From the NCBI GenBank assembly GCA_046331505.1, contig JAXLQT010000008.1, forward strand, positions 150,969 to 214,968: a DNA stretch of 64,000 nt, given 5' to 3'. Shown here in pieces: positions 53,901 through 64,000 of the stretch (position 1 is its first letter; each line of letters opens with the position of its first letter). The DNA comes from Acidobacteriota bacterium (lineage in GTDB: Bacteria; Acidobacteriota; Vicinamibacteria; JAXLQT01). The notes beneath the pieces were generated by a model. The model saw nothing but the letters and a program-made list of their open reading frames with translations, was not told the DNA's origin and made no database searches. The position numbers and the translations under genes were made by a program.

Positions 53901-54386
53901 CACGATCGCGCCGCGGCCATCGCGCGCCGGGTCGGAGATCGCCGGCTCGAGGGCATCGTTCTCGGAAACAAGGCGATTCTGCAGGAGGACGCCGCGCAAC
54001 TCGTGGAGGCGAGTGCGGCGCGCCTTGCGGCGCTCGCGATCGCTCGCGAGCTAGGCGACCGCCTGTTCGAGGGGATATGGCTGCGCGACCTCGGCGGGCA
54101 GCGCTGCCGGGAGGGCGCATACGGCGAGGCCGGCGATCTCCTCGACCAGGCGGAACGCATCTTCGTCGACCTCGATCAGAAGCTCCATCTCGGCTTCACG
54201 ATCTGCGAGCAGGGGCGTCTTGCGCAGGCCCGCGGAGGCTCCGCGCGCGACCACGTCGCGCGCTCGAGGGAGATCGCGCGGACGCTCGGCGCCGGACCGG
54301 ACAGCGCGCTGGGTGGCAAGATCGCCGATCTCGCCAGCGGGGAGGATCAGTATCCCAGGGCGGCCGAGGACACGTTGACGCCGTAG
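50932..54386 (+). pseudogene. second Ser/Thr kinase-AAA-TPR gene; extremely frameshifted
   Basis: Fragments GPYRILR, GMGVVWRDA, VYVMELAEGTTLSDYV, YLHGEGFVHRDLEPSNVMV, the DFG-region and a TPR-like C-terminus ending ...GEDQYPRAAEDTLTP* (54386) occur in successive frames, every 50-150 nt. Confidence 0.4.
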
Positions 54387-54420
54387 CCGCCCGGGAAACG
54401 GAGTGACGCTGGCGCCGGGG
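54347..54420. repeat. direct repeat copy A (about 85% identical to 54962..55030)
   Basis: tatcccagggcggccgaggacacgttgacgccgtagccgcccgggaaacggagtgacgctggcgccgg versus tacccgagcgcagccgaggacgcgttcacgccgtagccgcccgggaacggagtgaagctggcgccgg. Read on the minus strand it encodes ...FPGGYGVNVSSAALGY*. Confidence 0.7.
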
Positions 54421-54519
54421 CCATGCGGGAGCCCGGATCTCGTGTATCCAGCGGAGAGCACGTTGAGCTCACCACGGGAACACGACCGGCAGTCGAGCGT
54501 TCGACGTCGAGCGTGATCG

Positions 54520-54926
54520 CGTACGTGAAGCTTCCTTGCAAGCCGGTGCACGGAGATCCAGAGGGCTTCGAACAGGGCGGCGATCCCACGATGGGTGCCC
54601 GTGGTTCCCGTCCGGATGACGGAAGCATGGCTTCTGATTGACGAGAGGGCGATCCGCCTCGCGGCAGGAACCCCGACGGCCGCGTTGCCCTGGGGATTCC
54701 ACGGCCTGCGGCACTCGAGGGGCTCCCGGATCCGAAGACGTCGCTCCGCCGAGCGCTCGAGACTGCGGGGCAGAAGCGAGGGCGGCATCTGAAGCGATTC
54801 AAGCGGGACATCGATGAGCGGATCGAGCGCGTGGCGGAGCTGATCGAGAGTTTCGAGCGACTTCGCCAGCTATCTGCCTTCGCGGCATTCGAAACCGCAA
54901 CGCACGACATTGTGGCGAACATGTGA
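54520..54926 (+). pseudogene. remnant ORF in a lower-GC insert, possibly the DUF4276-like C-terminal half
   Basis: ...RMTEAWLLIDERAIRLAAG... and ...LRRALETAGQKRGRHLKRFKRDIDERIERVAELIESFERLRQLSAFAAFETATHDIVANM* in two frames. No start or N-terminus. GC is visibly lower than in the flanks. Confidence 0.25.
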
Positions 54927-54961
54927 TCCCGTGCTCACGATCCCGAGCGCAGAGCCGCCGA

Positions 54962-55030
54962 TCAATACCCGAGCGCAGCCGAGGACGCGTTCACGCCGTA
55001 GCCGCCCGGGAACGGAGTGAAGCTGGCGCC
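54962..55030. repeat. direct repeat copy B (3' end of the Kelch/FG-GAP gene)
   Basis: See copy A. Here it is the genuine 3' end (...FPGGYGVNASSAALGY*) of the gene 54962..57170. Confidence 0.7.
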
Positions 55031-57170
55031 GGCGGGTACGAGCGCGGATCCCGAGTAGGCGAAGGAGAGCACCGTCGAGGTCGCCACGGGATCACGACCC
55101 GCGCCGGTCAGAAGCTCGACGTCCGAGTTGCCGTCGACGTCACCGCTCCCGACGCGCCCGCCGTAGTACGTCGCAAACGGCGTGACGGCGAAGCCCGGCA
55201 TCGCCGTCACGGTGGCGCCGGCCACGTCGAAACCGACGAACTGCGAGGTGAGTGCGGGCCCGGGGCCGGGCGTGGCTGCGAGCTCCGCGAGGCCGTCGCG
55301 ATCGAAGTCGCCCGCGGCGACGTTGACGCCGAACTGCGGCGGCAAGAACGCCTGGAACGATGCTCCGACGGCGATGGCGTCGTCGTCGTAATCCCAGGTG
55401 CGCACCTGCGGCGCGAAGACCGGGGACGGTCCCGCGCCGGTGACGATCTCCGCGTAGGCGTCGCCGTCGATGTCGCCGCCGCTCGCGTTGACGCCGTAGC
55501 GCGGCGTCGCGTAGGCGAAGAAGCTGACGCCGGGGATCGGCGCGACGGCGACCCCGTCGTACGTGAACGCGCGGACATGGGGTCCGAAGACGGGCCCCGG
55601 TCCCGCACCCGTGACGACCTCCGCGAAGGGGTCGGTGTCGATCGACGCGGCGGCGGCGTTGACGCCGTAACGCAGCGTGCCGTAGGCGAAGAAGGTGACC
55701 TTGGAGATCGGCGATCCGTCGAATCGGAAGCCGCGCACGTGGGGTCCGAGCGTGGCGCCGGGTCCAGGCCCGGTCACGATCTCGTCGTGAGCGTCGGGAT
55801 CCACGTTGCCGCCCGAGACGTTGACGCCCCAGCTCCCCGCCGAGTAGGCGCGGAAGTCGACGGGGGTCGGCGCCCCGGTCTCGTCGTAGGCGGCGACGCG
55901 GTTCTCGTTTCCGGGTCCGAGCCCCTCGCCCGTCACGTAGTCGGGAACGGGCGTCACCTCGAGCACGTAGCGTCGCGAGCCCGCGTTCCCGCCCCCGTCG
56001 CTCGCCCGTACGAGGAAGGTCGCGGTCGATGCGATCGCAGGCGTTCCCGAGAGGACGCCGCCGGCAGACAACGTGAGCCCGGCAGGAAGGGATCCCGCCG
56101 TGAGCGCGAAGGCGCGAGGGGCAGATCCGCCAGTTGCCGCGAGCGTGATGGCGTAGGGCCGGCCGATCACGGCGCGCGGCAGCACCGGAGGATCGATCGC
56201 GATCGTCTGGTAGAGCCACGTGTCGGCCTTCGACTCCGCGCCGTCGTAGCCGCCGAACAGGATGAGACCGCCCGCCTCGGGGAAGGCCGCCATTGCGAAG
56301 CTCTCCCGCGCGTCGAGCGCCGGACCCGCCGTGGCGCCCGGGGCCCAGGCGGTGCCGTCGTATTCCCAGGCGTCGTTGACGTACCCGGTCGCGGTCTTGC
56401 CGCCGAAGGTGACGGAGAGCGCCCGCGCGGCGTCGTAGGCGATCGAGGGCCAGAACCGCGGCACCATGCCCGCCGGTGGAGGAGCGCCGGGCGACCAGGC
56501 GATGCCGTCGTACTCCCAGGTGTCGTCGAGCGGGGTCGTGCCGTCGTTACCTCCGAAGATCACGATCCTCGATCGTGCGGCGTCGTAGGACATGCAGATT
56601 GCGTCGCGCGCCGTCAGCCCCGGAGGCGCGGCGGGTCCGGGGAGCCACGCGACGCCGTCCATCTCCCACGTGTCGTTCCTGGGTCCCGACGAGTCCTTCC
56701 CGCCGAAGATCACTGTCCGCGAGCGCGGGGAGTCGAAGGCGGCGGCGAGACTGTGGCGCGGCGAGCCCGGGTGGCGCCGCTGGACCCGGCGTCCAACCCG
56801 CGGCGTCGTATTCCCACGTATCGTTGTACTCGACGATCGAGTCGTCCCCGCCGAAGAGGATCACCTTGGCGCGGGCCGCGTCGAAGGCCATCACCGGACA
56901 GTCTCGCGGCGTGAGGCCTGGCGGGCCCGGCGCCTGGAGCGTCCACGAGATGCCGTCGTGCTCCCAGGTGTCGTTCATGTAGCTCGCCCCGAATCCGCCG
57001 AAGAGGACGACACGCTTCCTCGCGCTGTCGTACGTCATCGCATGGCCCGCGCGTGCGAGCAGGGCCGCGGGCGCGGCACCGTCGCTCCGCCAGAAGGGAG
57101 AGGACGACGCTCCCCGCGCGATCGCGAGGATCCCAAGGAACGCCGCCGGGCGGAACGCCGAGGCTGCCAT
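54962..57170 (-). pseudogene. exported Kelch-repeat (galactose-oxidase-like beta-propeller) plus FG-GAP/VCBS-repeat protein; 1-2 frameshifts near 56560-56760
   Basis: ATG 57170 with signal peptide MAASAFRPAAFLGILAIARGASS. Repeated ...FGG.DG...NDTWEYDG..W... (Kelch) units. C-terminal repeats GVNV..GD.DGD..AEIVTGAGPGP (FG-GAP). The N-terminal 200 aa are in a different frame from the 583-aa ORF. Confidence 0.55.
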
Positions 57171-57189
57171 CGCCGATCTCGAACCTAGT

Positions 57190-58926
57190 CTACCGGCGCG
57201 GGGCCTCGTAGATCGTCACACGTCCGACGGTCGACTCGAAGCGCGCCGCCGGGCGGAGGCCAAGGCGATGCACGACCGAGCTCTGCATGTCCGGGAACAT
57301 CGCGTCCTCGGAGGCGTAGAGGAGGTCGAAGTCGGAGAGCTTCACCGTCGCGGCGACCGGCGCGAGGTAGACCACGGGCAGCGGGCGCGGGACGTAGCCG
57401 AGGTAGGGGTAGCGGGCCGCGAAGACGCCGGGCCAGTTGGCCAGGACGCGCGCGCCGGGCCGCTGCTCCCCGATCCAGCGCATCGCTTCCCCGTGGAGGC
57501 GCACGACGGCGAGGTAGTCGAGGGTGTTCTCGTGGCTGTCGTTCTGGGCGGCGACCGGCTCGGGGACCGGCACTCCCGCATCGCGAGAGTCGGTCGCTAT
57601 CACGCAGAGACCCAGCGGTGGGGAGCGCTGGAGGCGAGACAGGTTTCCTTCGAAGACGGGCCACGTGTAGTCCTCACCGGCCACTTCCGCCCCCACGCTC
57701 TCCGTCACCACGACCGGCGCTCCGATCTCCGCGCGCGGCTCGCGGGCGACTGGAATCTGCGCTTCGCCGCCGCCGCCCCCGGCGCGGGTGAGGAGCTCCG
57801 TACCGAGAGGGAGCTCGCCGAGGTCGTCGTCACCGATCCGCACGCGGAGCCGCGCGTTCCAGTACGCGCCGCGGTCCTTGTACTTCGAGACACGCACGAG
57901 CCCCGCGGCCTCCGCGATCCGAAGGAGCGGATCCGTGCCCCACCAGGCGCACACCTCGAACGTGATGGCCGGCAGGATCGCGATCGCGATCGCTCGCGCC
58001 GAAGTGACACCGAGCGCGCGCAGGCCGCCGACGCCGAGGAGGATGACGAGCGGAAGCGTCACCAGGAAGTAGCGAGCCCCGTTGTTCCGCAGCGGCGTCT
58101 GCACGGCAAGCACGGTGACGACGGGAAGCACGAGCAAGAGCGCGATCTCCGCCGCCCCCGATCCTCTCAGACGACGCTGCCACGCGAGGACCGCCAGCGC
58201 CAGCAGCGCGGCTCCGGCGAAGAGGAACGTGCCTCGCTGCACGAGCCCGAAGTAGATGCTGCGGGCTGCGCCGTGGGCGAGCGCGCCGAGGCTCCGCAGC
58301 GGCTGTGTGTTGTAGGCGTTGTGCGTCACGAGCGTCCCCGTGTCGAGCACGAACCACGCCTTCCAGACGAGCCACGCGAGGACCGGCGCATGCCACACCG
58401 CGATCTCTCGCGCCGCGATCGCGCGCGTCGCCGCGCGCCTCCTCGCGCGCAAGACGACGTACGCGGTGATCGCGGGCTGGAGCAGGACGGCCTGCGCCTT
58501 GACGAGCATCATCGCGGTGGCGGCCACGAGGAACGGCCCGAGGCGATCCGAGCGATCGCGGCGGGCTCGCCACCGCGAGCCCCGGCGAGCGGGAGGTCGA
58601 GGTGCGCGGTGCCGCTCTGGGCGAAGAAGAGCGGGTTGGCGGCGAGGGCCAGCGCGGCGGCGACGCCGGCGATGCGTCGAGGAGGCGCGCGCCGAGCGCG
58701 GAGGTGCTCGCGATCGCGACGAGGGCGAGGGCGAGCGCGAGGAGCCGGGGCACCACGGCACCGGACCGGTGAAGGCGCCAGAGCGCCGCGACCGCGAGGT
58801 AGAAGAGCGGCGGGTGGCCGGGTCGACGGAGAGCCGCCTCAGGAGGTCGTCGTGCGTCTCGAGGTGCGCGATCGGGTAGAGCCCGGTCTCGTAGTAGTAG
58901 TAACTGATCGTCGCGACGTAGCCCAT
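57190..58926 (-). pseudogene. GT-C glycosyltransferase, PMT_2/ArnT-like no. 2; about 3 frameshifts in the 5' third
   Basis: ...HPPLFYLAVAALWRL... and ...NPLFFAQSGTAHLDLPLA... (PMT_2-type loop) are in alternate frames at 58830-58600. The rest is intact, with about 10 TM helices plus a periplasmic C-terminal domain. Confidence 0.5.
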
Positions 58927-59343
58927 CTCGTCCCAGTGGTAGGGGACGCTGGCCAGCGGGAGCTTGACACGGCGAACGCCGCAAGGATGACGAACAACAG
59001 GATCCTCGGCCGGCGATCGGACGATGTCATCGAGCTGACTGTAGCGGTCAGGAGACGGAATGAACGCCGGGTTGTAGACGGAGATGGCAAGGCAACGCCT
59101 GTCCTTGCTTGCGGGGTCGATGCTCGCGGGCGACGCGCAGGCGTCGGTCGTGGCGATCTCGCAGGCGCCTCCGGACGGGGACCTCGAGATCGAGCGGATC
59201 TCGAGCCCCCCGGGGGGACCATCGTCTCGCGAGGCGCCGCGCCCGGCGCCGCGATCTGCACCCGGCGGGATCGTGGAAGCTCTTGATCACGAACGTGAGC
59301 GATCCGCAGCCCGGACGTGCGAGCGTCAAGCCGCTGCCGGCGC

Positions 59344-60982
59344 TCAGTCCACGCGTGGATGCCTCGCTGTCCACCTCCAGCGTGCCGAACCTGTCGCCGA
59401 ACAAGACGCCGGGAATCGTGAACGGATCGCCGGGCGGGGCGTGCCCACCGCGACGAGGAGGCGGTCCGGGATCTCGATGCCGGCGCGCAGCCGCTGGCCG
59501 CGCACGGGCGCCGCGGCGACACGGATCTCCTTGCCGAGGGCGAGGAGGTCCCGCACGAGCCGGTGGGCCTGCTTTCCCTGGGCGACGGCGAGCAGCCGTG
59601 GCTCGTCGATCGCGAGCCCCAGGACCGTTGCCGTGGTCGGGGCGTACACGACCTTGCCCCCGGCGCGCGCGAGGTAGTAGCGCTCGTCGGGAAGCACCAT
59701 CTGAGGTGGGCAGAGCACCGCGATCGTCCGCTCCGGCTCGCGCAGCGTGCGGATCCAGCGTGCGGCTTGCTGGAAGGGCACGGGGGGGTTGTTGCTGCTC
59801 GATCGAAACGCCTGGGTCACGAGGATCGACGCCAGGATGACGAAGAGGATGGAGCCGGCGGCCGCGAAGGTCCGCCGTCCCCGGCCCATCGCGCCCGCGA
59901 CGCTCCATACCTCCGGCGGGAAGAAGAGGCGCGCCAGGAGCAGCGCCCAAGCCGGGTAGGCGGGGTACTGGTACCACGGATGCTTGACCCTCGCGAGCGC
60001 CCACGGGACGGTGAGCGCGAGGGACCAGAGGACGAGCCAGAGATCGAAGGGACGGCTCATCGCTCCAGCGGCCGCCGCGGCGAGCGCGAGAAGCAGGAAC
60101 CAGCCCATCACGCCGAATCCCTCGCGAAGCCAGATCGCGTACTGCCACGGCGAGTGCTGCTCCTGCCACTCGCCCACCCGGGCGACGAGGTTGAACCGCA
60201 CTTCGCCTGCCAGGTTGGCCTGCGAGAGGTAGTAGGCGAGCCAGGGGAGGATCGAGATCGCCACGGCGGCAAGCCACGCCGCGACGCTCGCGGATCGCGA
60301 CACCGCCTCCCTGGCGCGGGCCCCCGCTGCCCGCCGGTGCAGGAGCCATCCCGACACCACGAACGCCGCCATCGGCGCGTAGGCCAGGAAGGCGACGACG
60401 GATTTCGTCATCGCCCCCGCGCCGATGCACGCCCCGATGGCGATCGTCCAAGCCGCCCGGTGGCGCCCGGCCGCTTCCCTAGACTCGAGGAAGCACGCGA
60501 CGGCGGCGGTCATCAGGAGCGTGAGCATCGCCTCCGTCATGCCCTGGCGGTAGCCATGGACCGAGAGCGGGTAGGGGGCGGTCGCGAAGACGATCGGCGC
60601 GGCGATCGTCGCCGGCCCTCCGGTGTGGCGCCGCGCGAGCCGCCACACGAGCAGCGTCGCGAGCGTCGCGCAGACCGCGTCCGGGAGCCGGACGATCCAC
60701 TCGGACTCCCCGAGGAGCGCGAAGAGGGCCGCTCCGGTCCACATGCGGAGTGGCGGCTTGCCCGGGTAGCGATCGTCGAAGTACCAGGGGTCGAGCCAGT
60801 CGTGGCGCTCGAGCATGTTCCGGGAGACGTCGAGGTAGACCCGTTCGTCGACCTCCTGGATGGGCAGGTCGCCGAGGCGGTGCCAGAGCGCCGCCCAGAC
60901 GACCGGCGCCAGGCCACGCGGAACGGGCGAAGCGGCTGTCGCCGAGGCCCGTGACGCTCCCAACGCTCGCGAGGGCGACCAT
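59344..60982 (-). pseudogene. GT-C glycosyltransferase, PMT_2/ArnT-like no. 3; frameshift near the start, 3' end uncertain
   Basis: ...LPIQEVDERVYLDVSRNMLERHDWLDPWYFDDRYPGKPPLRMW (PMT_2 signature). The N-terminal MVALASVGSVTG is in another frame (about 60930). The C-terminal about 60 aa of the track ORF look non-genuine. Confidence 0.5.
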
Positions 60983-62064
60983 GCGTGCGATCCTACGGGC
61001 GATGGAATCGGTTCGCCGGGCGATCGTCTTCGGCGGGTACGGCACTCGGCTCGATCGTCAGCCGCGAGCTCGCGCGCCGGGGACGTCGTCGTGACGGTCG
61101 CCGGCCGCGACGAAGCCGCTCGGAGGCATTCGCGCGCGAGCTCGGTGCCGGGCACCAGGGCATGCGCTCCGATCTCTCGGATGCGGCTGCTGTCCTCTCC
61201 GCCCTCGACGGTCAGGGCGTCGCCGTGAGCTGCGGCGGGCCGTTCAGCCGGATCGATCTCACCCTTCCCGAGGCGTGCCTCCGGGCGAGATGTGCCTACG
61301 TCGACATCGCCGACGATCGACGCTACGTCGCGCGGCTGCGGGAGCGGTCCGCGGCGTTTGCGGAGCAGGGCGTCGCGGCGGTCTTCGGCTGCTCGAGCCT
61401 CCCGGGGATCTCGGGGGCTCTCGCCGCGGTGGCGAAGGACGGAGTCGCCGCCGCGATCGCCCGGGCCCGCGTGACCCTCTTCATCGGCAACCAGAACCCC
61501 AAGGGTCTCGGCGCGATCTCGTCCCTGGTCGAGAGCCTCGGCCGCCCGATCGAGACCGCCGAGCGCGGGAGGTACGTCTTCGGAAGCCCCGAGCGCGTGC
61601 CCCTGCCGGAGCCGCTCGGCCCGCGGTGGGTCTACGACGTCGAGAGCCCGGATCTCGACCTCTTCCCCGAGGTTCTCGGCACGAAGGCCGTCTCCGTGAA
61701 GGTCGGGTTCGAGCTCGGAATCGCCTCCCGCACCTTCGCGCTCCTGGCACGGCTCGGTCCTCGCTGGGGGCGGCGGACGGCCGCGTGCTTCGAGGTCGTC
61801 GGGCGCATCGGAGCCGGCGGAGGCACGCCGGTGGGGGCCGTCATGTCCGAGCTCTTCTTCTGGGACGGCACGGCGCGGCGCGCCGCGCTGACGGCGGAGC
61901 TCGGGCAGCGGATGGCGGCGCTACCCGCGGTCGTCGCGGCCATGGCTCTCTTCGACGGCGCAACGGCGCGGGGCGTGCTCACCGCCTACGAGCTCTGTGG
62001 CGCGCGGCCGCTGCTCGACGCGCTCGTTGCCGAGGGCTCTCGCCTGACGGTGTCCCCACTGTGA
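60981..62064 (+). pseudogene. saccharopine-dehydrogenase-like NAD(P)-binding protein; about 3 frameshifts in the first 200 nt
   Basis: MRAILRAMESVRRAIVFGGYGT (Rossmann GGYG), ...GDVVVTVAGRDEAARR... and ...FARELGAG...SDAAAVLSALDGQGVAVSCGGPF are in three frames. The remainder (61150-62064) is intact. The stop overlaps the next ATG (TGATG). Confidence 0.5.
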
Positions 62065-63695
62065 TGCCGCGCCTCGCGGGGCCAAGCCGCCTGGCGCCCT
62101 TCACGCTCGTGATCGTGCTCGCGGCGTGCGGGCGCGACGTGGTGACCTTCCCGCTGCATGGCGATGGCGGCAGCGCGCTCTCGATCGTCACGGGGGGGTA
62201 CGAGGCACGATGGGTCTCCGGGGGGCTGCAGATCGATCGCGGCCGTGGCGGGCGGGACGTGTCGCTCGCGCTCGCGGGCGGACCGTTCGATCTCCGCGCG
62301 ACGCCTATCCTGCTCGTCCGGATGCGCCGGCTCGACGGCAGGATGGAGCCGATCACCGGCTCCGTGAGAGGGAAGAGGCAGGCGTCGGGACCCCGGGGCG
62401 AGCCTCCCGCGCCCGATCACGCCATCGCGCTCTATCCCTTCGACACCGGCATCGTGGCGGCGGGAGCGCCGTACGACCTCTGGCTCGATCTCGGCGCCGT
62501 CCCGGGAGCGCCGGTCCCCGATGCGTTTCACTGCGTCGTCGACGGCCTCGCGATCGACGTGACGGCCGCGCCCGGGAGCTTCTCGATCGACGAGGTCTCG
62601 CTCCACCGTCGCGGGATAGCAAGCTCGCTCGACGTTGCGTCGTGCCGGGTCCGCGTGCCCGGCACGTTCGCGCATGGCGCGCTGCCTCTCGCGTTGATGG
62701 CCCTCGGGGCGGCCGTCGCGGAGACGCTGCGCGGAGCTGCGGCGCGATCGCCTGCGGGCGCGCTCGCGGCGTTCCGGCGCGATGCGTTCGTGCTCTCGAT
62801 CCTGGGCGCGTGCGCCATGGCCGCGGCGGAGGCGGCGCGGCTCCTCGATGCCGATCCCGGGGCGTCTCCCGGCGTCGCCCTCGCCGCCATCATCGCCGCG
62901 ACCGCCCTTCCCGGCGCGGCGATCGCGGGACGTGCCGATCCGCTTCGCCGGGCGAGACGAGACATCGCGGAGCGCGGCGTGGTCGCCTACCTCGCGGCGC
63001 TCCTGGTTCTCCTGGCGCGCGCTGGCGGCGGGCCGATGTCGGAGTGGCTCTGGCCATTCGCGGGAGTCGCCGGCACGGTCGTGCTGACGGTGGTCGCGCT
63101 CGGACGCTCCGCCGTGGGCCGCCGCGCTGCGCTCGTGGCGGCTGCCCTCTTCGCGAGCTCTCCCGCCGCGGGCCGATCCGCGGCGACGGCGACAGCGGCG
63201 ACGCCCGTCGCCCTGCTCGCCGTCACCGTGACGGCGCTCCTCGTGCGCTCGTCGCCGCACGGGAAGAGGCGGGGGATCGTGGGCCTCGCGCTGGGATCGT
63301 CCGCCCTGTTCGGTCTCTTCGGCTTCTGGCGGCTCTCCCTGCTGTTCCAGCCGGCGAACGCGGTCACGACGTCGCTCGTCGCCTCTTGCGTCCCGGAAGC
63401 GATCGTGCGTTCGATCTCCTACCTGGGACGCGAGCTCGCGCTCGGGTGGACACCGCTCGTGATCGCCTTTGCCGCCGTCGCCGCCACCGCCCGCGGCGGG
63501 ATCGTGCGATCGCACGCATGGGTTCCCCTTGCGATGGCCTTCGTGCTCGGGGTGTCCGAATCGATCGGCTCGCTCCTCGTCCGGGCGCCCCACGAGGAGC
63601 TCCTGGCCACCGGCGCCAGGGAGATGGCGTTCCAGCTCGCGCCGCTGCTCGCGATGTCGGGAGCGCTCGCGTTCGAGCGCGAGGCCGGAGGGTGA
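62064..63695 (+). CDS. hypothetical lipoprotein / polytopic membrane protein (543 aa)
   Basis: ATG 62064. Lipobox-like [11 protein letters not shown]. Soluble N-terminal ~200 aa, then multiple TM helices. Intact. Confidence 0.55.
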   Translation: MPRLAGPSRLAPFTLVIVLAACGRDVVTFPLHGDGGSALSIVTGGYEARWVSGGLQIDRGRGGRDVSLALAGGPFDLRATPILLVRMRRLDGRMEPITGSVRGKRQASGPRGEPPAPDHAIALYPFDTGIVAAGAPYDLWLDLGAVPGAPVPDAFHCVVDGLAIDVTAAPGSFSIDEVSLHRRGIASSLDVASCRVRVPGTFAHGALPLALMALGAAVAETLRGAAARSPAGALAAFRRDAFVLSILGACAMAAAEAARLLDADPGASPGVALAAIIAATALPGAAIAGRADPLRRARRDIAERGVVAYLAALLVLLARAGGGPMSEWLWPFAGVAGTVVLTVVALGRSAVGRRAALVAAALFASSPAAGRSAATATAATPVALLAVTVTALLVRSSPHGKRRGIVGLALGSSALFGLFGFWRLSLLFQPANAVTTSLVASCVPEAIVRSISYLGRELALGWTPLVIAFAAVAATARGGIVRSHAWVPLAMAFVLGVSESIGSLLVRAPHEELLATGAREMAFQLAPLLAMSGALAFEREAGG

Positions 63696-64000
63696 GTCCG
63701 ACGCCGGCGACGGCGCCGCAACGGGCATGGCGCCGCGCGGCGCTCGCCGCGGTGGCGCTCGCGTTCCTTGCCGTCGCGTTCTTCCGCAAGGGCGAGGTGA
63801 TGGTCGACGATGCGTTCATCACCTTCCGCTATGCGGAGAACCTCGCGGCGGGCAAGGGGCTCTGCTTCAACGAAGGGGAGCGCGTCGAGGGCTACTCGAA
63901 CCTCTCCTACACGCTCCTCCTCGCGGTGGCGCCGGTCCTCGGCGTCTCGACGCTCCTGGCGGCCCAGGCCATCGGCGGCGCCGCCGCGGTGGCGGGCCTC
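63692..64000 (+). CDS. GT-C family glycosyltransferase (arabinosyl/mannosyl-transferase-like), 5' part only (runs off the window)
   Basis: GTG 63692 in GTGA overlap. N-terminal TM, then ...[37 protein letters not shown]..., a motif typical of bacterial GT-C enzymes. Confidence 0.45.
   Translation, partial: MSPTPATAPQRAWRRAALAAVALAFLAVAFFRKGEVMVDDAFITFRYAENLAAGKGLCFNEGERVEGYSNLSYTLLLAVAPVLGVSTLLAAQAIGGAAAVAGL

Noticed and set aside
59084-59677. Plus-strand ORF with signal-peptide-like N-terminus (MARQRLSLLAGSMLAGDAQA)
   Set aside because: It overlaps in antisense the 3' end of the GT-C gene 59344..60982. The downstream sequence is Arg/Pro-rich junk. It cannot be distinguished from chance given the local error density. 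Noted only as ambiguous.
1-64000. CRISPR arrays, tRNA/rRNA genes, IS elements, integrases
   Set aside because: No regularly spaced short direct repeats were seen. There is no tRNA-like T-arm/acceptor pattern (GGTTCGAATCC-type), no rRNA-like low-GC conserved block, and no transposase or recombinase motifs in any frame.

Overview
This is a 64 kb window of very high GC (about 70%+). By inference it resembles a Myxococcota/deltaproteobacterial chromosome, based on several Ser/Thr kinases fused to AAA/TPR modules, carboxypeptidase-regulatory-like repeat proteins, an AddAB-type nuclease/helicase pair and a sigma-54-like promoter. I can support about 45 protein-coding loci on both strands. I found no rRNA, tRNA, CRISPR array, transposase or integrase. 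The six-frame track is dominated by GC-driven antisense and R/A/G-rich spurious ORFs, so real genes were picked by recognisable domain motifs. Clearly intact genes are: a B12-binding radical SAM protein, an EgtD-family N-methyltransferase, a retropepsin-like protease, a KS/KS-like pair, a GntR regulator with a DUF1648 membrane partner, sulfatase-TPR, a TonB-dependent receptor, a cNMP-binding protein, nadB, a STAS antagonist, carbamate kinase, NfeD plus flotillin, a cupredoxin-domain protein and an MBOAT acyltransferase. The dominant unusual feature is that at least 20 genes are interrupted by 1-bp indels, mostly in G/C homopolymer runs. These cluster in patches (37.6-43.4 kb, 47.3-54.4 kb, 57.2-61.3 kb) while long neighbouring genes are perfectly intact. 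The protein motifs between the shifts stay crisp, which argues for indel sequencing/assembly error or very recent decay rather than old pseudogenes. Other points of interest follow. A radical SAM / EgtD-like methyltransferase / aspartic protease / DUF983 / FeS-membrane cluster lies divergent from a KS pair. A putative two-gene DUF6036-type nucleotidyltransferase module shows ATGA start/stop coupling. A ~60-70 bp direct repeat of a gene 3' end brackets a lower-GC ~0.5 kb insert. Four paralogous GT-C (PMT/ArnT-like) glycosyltransferase genes are present. A superoxide-reductase-like ORF sits next to a type-1 copper protein. A perfect AT-rich GntR operator palindrome precedes the GntR gene.
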